Shown piece after piece: positions 57,064 through 62,688 of a DNA stretch of 62,688 nucleotides; position 1 is the first letter of the stretch; each line of letters starts with the position of its first letter. The stretch is from positions 1 through 62,688 of IMG/VR virus record IMGVR_UViG_3300043783_000058. The stretch is one strand, 5' to 3'. Under the pieces are notes generated by a model. The model was not told the DNA's origin. It saw only the letters and a list, made by a program, of their open reading frames with translations, and made no database searches. Made by a program: the position numbers and the translations under genes. Origin of the DNA: a virus. Taxonomy: Duplodnaviria; Caudoviricetes.

Positions 57064-57263
57064 GTTTCGCAGGCTTCACCATCGACGTTAAGACGAGCAT
57101 CCTCATGATCTTTTTCATGGCGATCTTCGCGGCGGCCACGGTGTATCTGTTCAAGTTCCACAGCGACGCCAACTTCGCGGTGTTCGTTGGCGGCTTTACG
57201 GCGATGGGGTGTATCATGCACTGGATCGCCACCTACGACGACAAACACCCGGACCAGCACTGA
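57060..57263 (+). CDS. Holin (two TM helices)
   Basis: 67 aa, two hydrophobic helices, charged C-terminus; between lysin and spanins. Confidence 0.65.
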   Translation: MSFAGFTIDVKTSILMIFFMAIFAAATVYLFKFHSDANFAVFVGGFTAMGCIMHWIATYDDKHPDQH

Positions 57264-57757
57264 TGTGGAAATTACTCCTGAATTTCTTGCCGCAGGCTGA
57301 CATCCTGTACGTGGTGATGTTCCTGAGCGCGGCCGGAGTGGGTGGCTATTACCTCCACAAGTACCACGCCGCCATCAACTACGAGACGACGGTCAAGGCC
57401 GAAAGCGCCGCGACTCTCGCCGCTGCGCGGAAGACGATCATTGACAACGACACGGACTACAAGGCCAAGTTGGCCGCGGAGAAGATCACACATGCGAACG
57501 ACACCCTGGCTGCTTTGCAGCAGCATAATGACGACGTTGCTCGGCTGCGCGCAGCCGCCGCTCGTCATGGATACGCCCCACTGGGTGGTCCCGCCGCCCC
57601 CGCCGCGGTTGCCGCTAGCGGGTCCAGCAGCGAGGCAAGCCTATCGGGACTGCCTGAACAAGCCATCGTGTGTCAAAGGCTTAGTGACGCCCTCGAACAC
57701 GACGACGGAATCCTCACCTCCGAGCGCGCCGAACGCGACGCACTGACAGGTAAGTAG
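57263..57757 (+). CDS. i-spanin (Rz-like)
   Basis: N-terminal TM helix then an Ala-rich coiled coil with a late Cys. Confidence 0.75.
   Translation: MWKLLLNFLPQADILYVVMFLSAAGVGGYYLHKYHAAINYETTVKAESAATLAAARKTIIDNDTDYKAKLAAEKITHANDTLAALQQHNDDVARLRAAAARHGYAPLGGPAAPAAVAASGSSSEASLSGLPEQAIVCQRLSDALEHDDGILTSERAERDALTGK
57492..57746 (+). CDS. o-spanin (Rz1-like) lipoprotein embedded in the i-spanin gene (+1 frame)
   Basis: MRTTPWLLCSSIMTTLLG|C lipobox, Pro-rich mature part. Confidence 0.7.
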   Translation: MRTTPWLLCSSIMTTLLGCAQPPLVMDTPHWVVPPPPPRLPLAGPAARQAYRDCLNKPSCVKGLVTPSNTTTESSPPSAPNATH

Positions 57758-57759
57758 CC

Positions 57760-57966
57760 GTGCCGGACACCAGCCAAAAGCAGCACAACTTCATGCAGGG
57801 CATCGCCCACGGGATGAAGCCGCGTAGCGGCCACGGCCCGTCGGTTGCCCAGGCCAAGGAGTTCGTGGCAGCTGACAAAACCCTCGGCAAATACGAGGGT
57901 GGCGGACTGGTGGGCAAGACCCGCACGCACGACCCTGTGACACCACATCTGCCCTTTTTGCGATGA
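57760..57966 (+). CDS. Small conserved phage protein (68 aa)
   Basis: MP..S.KQ..FM..IAH..A.EF..AD pattern; carries a YEGGGLV motif. Confidence 0.65.
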   Translation: MPDTSQKQHNFMQGIAHGMKPRSGHGPSVAQAKEFVAADKTLGKYEGGGLVGKTRTHDPVTPHLPFLR

Positions 57967-58036
57967 CTTGCAGAACCGGGCACCTGACCGTAGACTTCTC
58001 CTGGTATCCACTCCACCTTTGCAAAGGGTTACTGAC

Positions 58037-58483
58037 ATGAAAACTTTTCTGAAGCGATTTCTGATGGGCTTGCTCGCTGCCACGTGCGGCGTAGCTCTTG
58101 CCTACACTGCGGCCGTGTACACCCCGTACGTCGGCTTTAACCCGGTCACTGGCCAGGTCGGTCAGCCGGCCATCACCGTCAACACCGGCACCCTCCCTGT
58201 TCTGGATGCGGCCACGTCCTGCGGCACCACGGCCACCGTGGCAGCTTCAGCTCTCGGCGGTGCTGCGCTGGTTCAGTACACCACGAACAGCGCGGGCGGC
58301 ACTTGCACCCTGCAGTTGGATCTACAGACGCAGGCACCGAACGGGTACTTCTGCGTGGCAGTCGATGAAACGACCGCTGCGAAGACCTTTACCCAAACGG
58401 CTCACACGACTTCGACGTGCACCGTTTCGGCGACCACCGTATCGTCTGGCGACAAGGTTCTGATCGAAATCAACGGATTCTGA
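58037..58483 (+). CDS. Secreted Cys/Thr-rich beta protein, paralog of 33430..33912
   Basis: Signal MKTFLKRFLMGLLAATCGVALA|Y; APNGYFC..D..NGF. Confidence 0.75.
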   Translation: MKTFLKRFLMGLLAATCGVALAYTAAVYTPYVGFNPVTGQVGQPAITVNTGTLPVLDAATSCGTTATVAASALGGAALVQYTTNSAGGTCTLQLDLQTQAPNGYFCVAVDETTAAKTFTQTAHTTSTCTVSATTVSSGDKVLIEINGF

Positions 58484-58963
58484 TTGGACCGCCTCATCGG
58501 GGACGGGGAGCGGATACAGGCGTGGCTGCACGAGCGGTCACGCCTTCCTCTTTCTAGGCCCTTCCACGGCATAGCCCGTGAAGTCGATGGTAGGATCGTG
58601 GCGGCGTTCGGCTACGACTACTTCCAAGGGTCTTCCTGCTGTATGCACCTCGGTGTCGACGCGCCCTGGGCTCTCAACAGGGCTTTGTTGCATCAGGCAT
58701 TTGAGGTACCCTTTGAGCAGTGGAACTATCTCTGCGTGCTTGCCATCATCCAAGCATGTAACGCGAAGGTCCTGAAGGTCGCCCTCCACATGGGCTTTCG
58801 GGAGTTCGCCAGAGTAGGGGAAGCGCACCCCGGTGGGGGACTCGTCTTCCTGAAGATGACAAAAGAACAATGCCGCTGGCTACGTACCAGTGGCGCGAGT
58901 AAGAACAATGTCAGGCGGCGTCGAAGCACCTCCAGCCCCGCGATTCGGTCAGCCGCAGGGTAA
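58484..58963 (+). CDS. GNAT-fold acetyltransferase-like protein
   Basis: GRIVAAFGY..AF..PFEQ..N.K.LK...HMGF pattern; the usual position just before podophage ejection genes. Confidence 0.75.
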   Translation: MDRLIGDGERIQAWLHERSRLPLSRPFHGIAREVDGRIVAAFGYDYFQGSSCCMHLGVDAPWALNRALLHQAFEVPFEQWNYLCVLAIIQACNAKVLKVALHMGFREFARVGEAHPGGGLVFLKMTKEQCRWLRTSGASKNNVRRRRSTSSPAIRSAAG

Positions 58964-60050
58964 CTCGACCGACACGTTCAATACGGCGACGGGCAACGCG
59001 TCGCAGACGATGAACACTGCGCAGGCGTATAACACCAACGCGCAGAATCAGCTGAACACCACGCTCGGTACTGTGAACAACATGTCGGGCCTGATTGGTC
59101 AACAGGCTCAGGGCAACGTCGGTTCGTATCAGACGAACTTCCAGCCGCTCCAGGCTACGGAAGCGCAGGCCGCACAAAACTACGGATCTCAGGCGAACCT
59201 TCAGCGTTTGCAGGGGCAGGCTGTTGCCAACACTCAGGCGGGCGTACAGGCCGGCATCCAGAACCAGCGCGCTGCTCTCGCGTCTGAGGGCGTGGACCCG
59301 GCGAGCCTCCGTGGCAACGCGCTCGACCAACAGTCACAGGTCATGGGCGCAGCCGGTGCGGCCAACGCCGGCACGCAAGCGTCGATCCAGGGTCAGCAGC
59401 AGGCGTTCGGGATGGAGAACCAGGCCAACCAGATCGGCCTCGGCGTGGGACAGCAGGGCATGATGGGCGCTTCCGGTGCGGCCGGCGTAGCAAATCAGGG
59501 CCAGATGGCCATGAACCAGACCAACCAGGCCGGGGTGCAGAATCTCACCGCGGCCAATCAATACCTGCAGACTGGCAATCAAGCCAACGCCGGGCTGCTC
59601 AACGCGCAGCAGCAGGCGTACGCGGACATGGCGAATCAGTGGACGCAGAACCAGCAGTCGCAGTCGGCCATGGGAGCTGCCATCGGTACCGCCGGCGGAG
59701 TCCTCGGCGGCGCAGCTGGTAGCGGCGGACTTGAGCGGGGCGGCCCCGTCGAGCCGCAGCCACACCCCATGGGCATCCCGACGATGGCCAACGGCGGCAT
59801 CGCGATGGCGAGTCCGTTTGTTGGTGGGGGCATGGTGGGCCAGAAGGGCGCGCTGCCGACGAGCCCGATCCCCGGCAGCACTGACACGCGGCCGGCGCTG
59901 CTCACGCCCGGCGAGTTTGTCATGCCGAAGGACGTGGTCGACTTCAAGGGTGCGGATCACTTTCACAAGATGATCGACAGCATCCGCGAGCAGAAGAATA
60001 AGCGCATGGCGATCCCGCTCCACCACCCACCCCACGTGAGCATGCACTGA
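58908..60050 (+). CDS. Gln/Asn/Ala-rich internal virion (ejection) protein
   Basis: Q/N/A/G-rich helical body; C-terminal DTRPALLTPGEFVMPKDVV..G..F.KMI motif. Confidence 0.75.
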   Translation: MSGGVEAPPAPRFGQPQGNSTDTFNTATGNASQTMNTAQAYNTNAQNQLNTTLGTVNNMSGLIGQQAQGNVGSYQTNFQPLQATEAQAAQNYGSQANLQRLQGQAVANTQAGVQAGIQNQRAALASEGVDPASLRGNALDQQSQVMGAAGAANAGTQASIQGQQQAFGMENQANQIGLGVGQQGMMGASGAAGVANQGQMAMNQTNQAGVQNLTAANQYLQTGNQANAGLLNAQQQAYADMANQWTQNQQSQSAMGAAIGTAGGVLGGAAGSGGLERGGPVEPQPHPMGIPTMANGGIAMASPFVGGGMVGQKGALPTSPIPGSTDTRPALLTPGEFVMPKDVVDFKGADHFHKMIDSIREQKNKRMAIPLHHPPHVSMH

Positions 60051-62688
60051 TGTCACAGTCTGGACAGAACATCGCGAATGCCCTGTTGGGTGGTGGCTCC
60101 GCGTACCTGAAGGCGAAGCAGGCCGCGCAGCAGCGTCAGCAGCGCCAACAGCAACAGGGGCAAGGACAGCCGTCGCCTGGGCAGGTGCAGCAGTTCATGC
60201 CGAAGCAGCAGCCAACGAGCCCCGGCGTTCAGAACGCTCAGGCGAACCCGTCACAGTTTCAGGCTGCAGATCCGAACTCTATGCAGGCGCCCGCGCTGGC
60301 TCCTACGAACCCCGCTGCGCCGCCGTCACAGGCTTACGGCCCATACGGCTCGCCGGCCACCGCACCGGCGGATGCTGCGCAAGCGATCCCGACACAGGCC
60401 CCCGTACAGAGCGCGTTGTCACAGAGCGCCGCGGCGCAGCCAGCTTTGCAGACGACCGCCTCGGGAGCTGACAGCTTGGCGGCTGGGTCCCCTCTCGCCT
60501 CCGGTGCTCCTGGCAGTGTAGCTGGTGCCAGTGCGACCGCTGCTGCCCCGTCTGCAGCTACTGCGACCGGCGCGACGACCGCGGGCGGCGGTGCTATCGG
60601 TGGCGCGCTTGGTGCCGCAGACGCGGCCGGTGCTGCTGGTGCGGCCGGCGCAGGCGTAGCAGGCGCGGATGTAGCTGGTATGGGCGCCGCGGATGCAGCC
60701 GGTGGCGCCATGATGGCAGGCGGTGCTGAAGCTGCTGGTGGCGCCGCTCTGGGTGCTGGCGCTGGTGCTGCTGGCGGTGCCGCCCTGGCTGGTGGTGCTG
60801 GTGCCGCTGGTGCCGTGGCCGGCGGTGCCGCAGCGGAAGCTGCAGCCGGCGCGGTCATTGCGGATGCGGCACCTGCCCTTCTGCTTCTCGCACAGAAGGG
60901 TGGGCTGATCCCACCTGCCCACCCGATGGCCCATCATCAGCATCCTGTGTGGCCTTTGCTGCATCACGTTGCTGGCGTGGGCAAGCAGCAGGGTATCCCC
61001 GCTGAGAATTCCAAGCCCTCTGGCATCGACACAGCCATCGAGCAGCCACAGCAACAGGGACCCGAGAATGAGCAGCCGCTCGCGCAAGGTGGTCTCGTGC
61101 AGACGCATCCTCCCCAGCCCGCGAATTTCGGCGGCGCGCGTCCGCCTCCGGGCACGCACGTCTTTGCGAACGGTGGCCCTGTCCGTGGACAGGCGCCGCC
61201 CATGATTCATGGTCGTCACCAGGCGATGCCCGTTGGTCCGAACAGCGGCATCGTGCCTGCGTCGACTGAGGGGCAGCTGCCCATGGCCAGCGGCGGACCG
61301 GTGCCGGGCTACGATGACGGCGGTCTGGCAGCCGGCTCTGGCTTCATGCAGCCAATGTCCCCGGGCAATACGCCGATGATCGGCAAGGCCGCCGGGCTCG
61401 CGCAGGGCTTTACCTCGGGCGTGGCCACGGGTCACAACCTGGCGGAGATGTGGCAGCAGCACCAGTACCGCAGCGCGCTGGCTGATCAGCAGCAGGCGCA
61501 GGGTCAAGTGGTTCAGCAGGGGCTCGTGGCGGAGGGTGCCGCGGCGCCGGACCAGAACCTGACGCTGCACGATCACGTCAATCACTTCTTCAGCGCGCTC
61601 CATGATACGTTCTTGGGGCATGACCAAGATCCTGAAATGGCGAAAGCTGTCGCTGAGCACCAGTCGCGAATCGCTGCGCGAACTGCAGCTCCTGTGGCCC
61701 AAGGTGTACCGGCTCCGGGTGCAACCCCTGCCGGCGCTGCTCCAGTTCCCGGAGCTGGTGCTGCACCAGGTGCTGCGCCTGCGCCTGCCGCTCAAGCCGC
61801 CCCCGGCTCAGCAGCTCCCCAGAGCGCAGGTGTTCAGTCTGTCACTCAAGCCACGCAGGCAGCTCGGACTTCATCGAGCGACCCAGCAACAGCTGGAGCT
61901 CAAGTCGCTACCTCCCCTCTCGCAGTGGCGTCGGCCATCTCTAGCCCTGAGACAAAAACAGGAACTGCTGAAACCCCTCCCAAGGGCGGGGAGAATTACT
62001 CTCTGGGTCCGACAGAGATGTCGCGCCTTGAGGCTGCTAAGACGAAGGCTGCAGTGGCAGCTGCGCGTGCTGGGCTGGACCCGACTAAGGTCTACGCTGC
62101 GCTCTCGGCTCAGCAGAACGCAGCCTTCCAAGGACAGTACCTCCGCAACATTGGTGCCGCTAATACGGCGCTGATGAACGGCGACCAGAAGGGCGTCGAG
62201 GACGCGCTGCGTTCGGCGAGCTATTACATACCGAACGGCCAGGCGCTGAACCAGCGCATGGCCACACAGGACGATGTCAAGCGCGCGCAGGCTGTCAACC
62301 CGAAGGGGGCGGCGCCGTTTGCTGTTGGCGATCACATCGTACAGAACCCGTTCTACGGAATGCCCGGGCACGCTGGTGAACAGCAACTGGTGCCGATCAC
62401 GCCGCTGACGCTGTCGAACATGGCGCAGGCGGCACTGCATCCGGAGAACTTCGCGACCGAGATGTACGGCCAGTACAAGATCGGCGTGCAGGCGCAGACC
62501 GAGCTGCAGAAGGCAGCCGCGTACCAGACCGGGATGGTCGGACGCTGGATGCAGGGCGACGCGCAGCTCATCCGCCAACAGGTGGCGCAGGCGATGTTCC
62601 CGGCGAACTACGCCCAGACGATGTCGAAGGCCGAGCTCGAACGCGCGCAGGCTGCCGAGTGGCGCTTCCGTGCCAGTGGGCAAGGCGG
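60050..62688 (+). CDS. Ala/Gly/Gln-rich internal virion (ejection) protein, 5' part (continues at 1..722; 1077 aa in total)
   Basis: TGATG coupling at 60050; frame MSQSGQNIANALLGGG... stays open to the window end; only the 3' fragment is in the ORF track because the stop is across the junction. Confidence 0.85.
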   Translation, partial: MSQSGQNIANALLGGGSAYLKAKQAAQQRQQRQQQQGQGQPSPGQVQQFMPKQQPTSPGVQNAQANPSQFQAADPNSMQAPALAPTNPAAPPSQAYGPYGSPATAPADAAQAIPTQAPVQSALSQSAAAQPALQTTASGADSLAAGSPLASGAPGSVAGASATAAAPSAATATGATTAGGGAIGGALGAADAAGAAGAAGAGVAGADVAGMGAADAAGGAMMAGGAEAAGGAALGAGAGAAGGAALAGGAGAAGAVAGGAAAEAAAGAVIADAAPALLLLAQKGGLIPPAHPMAHHQHPVWPLLHHVAGVGKQQGIPAENSKPSGIDTAIEQPQQQGPENEQPLAQGGLVQTHPPQPANFGGARPPPGTHVFANGGPVRGQAPPMIHGRHQAMPVGPNSGIVPASTEGQLPMASGGPVPGYDDGGLAAGSGFMQPMSPGNTPMIGKAAGLAQGFTSGVATGHNLAEMWQQHQYRSALADQQQAQGQVVQQGLVAEGAAAPDQNLTLHDHVNHFFSALHDTFLGHDQDPEMAKAVAEHQSRIAARTAAPVAQGVPAPGATPAGAAPVPGAGAAPGAAPAPAAQAAPGSAAPQSAGVQSVTQATQAARTSSSDPATAGAQVATSPLAVASAISSPETKTGTAETPPKGGENYSLGPTEMSRLEAAKTKAAVAAARAGLDPTKVYAALSAQQNAAFQGQYLRNIGAANTALMNGDQKGVEDALRSASYYIPNGQALNQRMATQDDVKRAQAVNPKGAAPFAVGDHIVQNPFYGMPGHAGEQQLVPITPLTLSNMAQAALHPENFATEMYGQYKIGVQAQTELQKAAAYQTGMVGRWMQGDAQLIRQQVAQAMFPANYAQTMSKAELERAQAAEWRFRASGQG
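62562..62688. repeat. Terminal direct repeat, copy 2
   Basis: Identical to 1-127. Confidence 0.95.

Noticed and set aside
59860-60000. Tape measure protein, suggested by the TDTRPALLTPGEFV motif
   Set aside because: The protein is only ~380 aa, there are no tail tube or chaperone genes, and the context is a podophage ejection cluster.
61602-62174. 190-aa + strand ORF in the track
   Set aside because: It is an out-of-frame overlap within the 1077-aa gene, and its Leu/Arg/Gln composition reflects the shifted Ala/Pro codons.
733-62688. Stop-codon reassignment, introns or inteins
   Set aside because: Core genes (polA, terL, helicase, primase, portal, capsid) are full length and uninterrupted in the standard code.

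Overview
The window is an apparently complete, circularly assembled dsDNA tailed-phage genome. It is 62,561 bp unique; bases 1-127 are repeated exactly at 62562-62688. It is GC-rich and podovirus-like (no tail tube or tape measure; large ejection proteins), and nested Rz/Rz1 spanins point to a Gram-negative host. Two arms diverge from a non-coding region at about 32.0-32.8 kb that holds a ~295-bp nested palindrome (origin candidate). The leftward (- strand) arm has small early genes, a MoxR-AAA / DUF3150-like / metallopeptidase-vWA module, Nmad5, a family A DNA polymerase, a Cas4-like nuclease, an HslV/proteasome-like Ntn hydrolase, a large metallophosphoesterase, a nucleotide-hydrolase cluster, an exonuclease, a SNF2 helicase, an SSB-like protein and a primase-helicase. 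The rightward (+ strand) arm has a tRNA(CAT), terminase, portal, scaffold, major capsid, tail and receptor-binding genes, a lysis cassette containing a degenerate histidine phosphatase, and three internal virion proteins. One of those (1077 aa) spans the assembly junction and appears only as a fragment in the ORF track. I recognised no integrase, immunity repressor, RNA polymerase, CRISPR array, reverse transcriptase or base-modification synthase. All family assignments come from motif recognition by eye; no database search was run.
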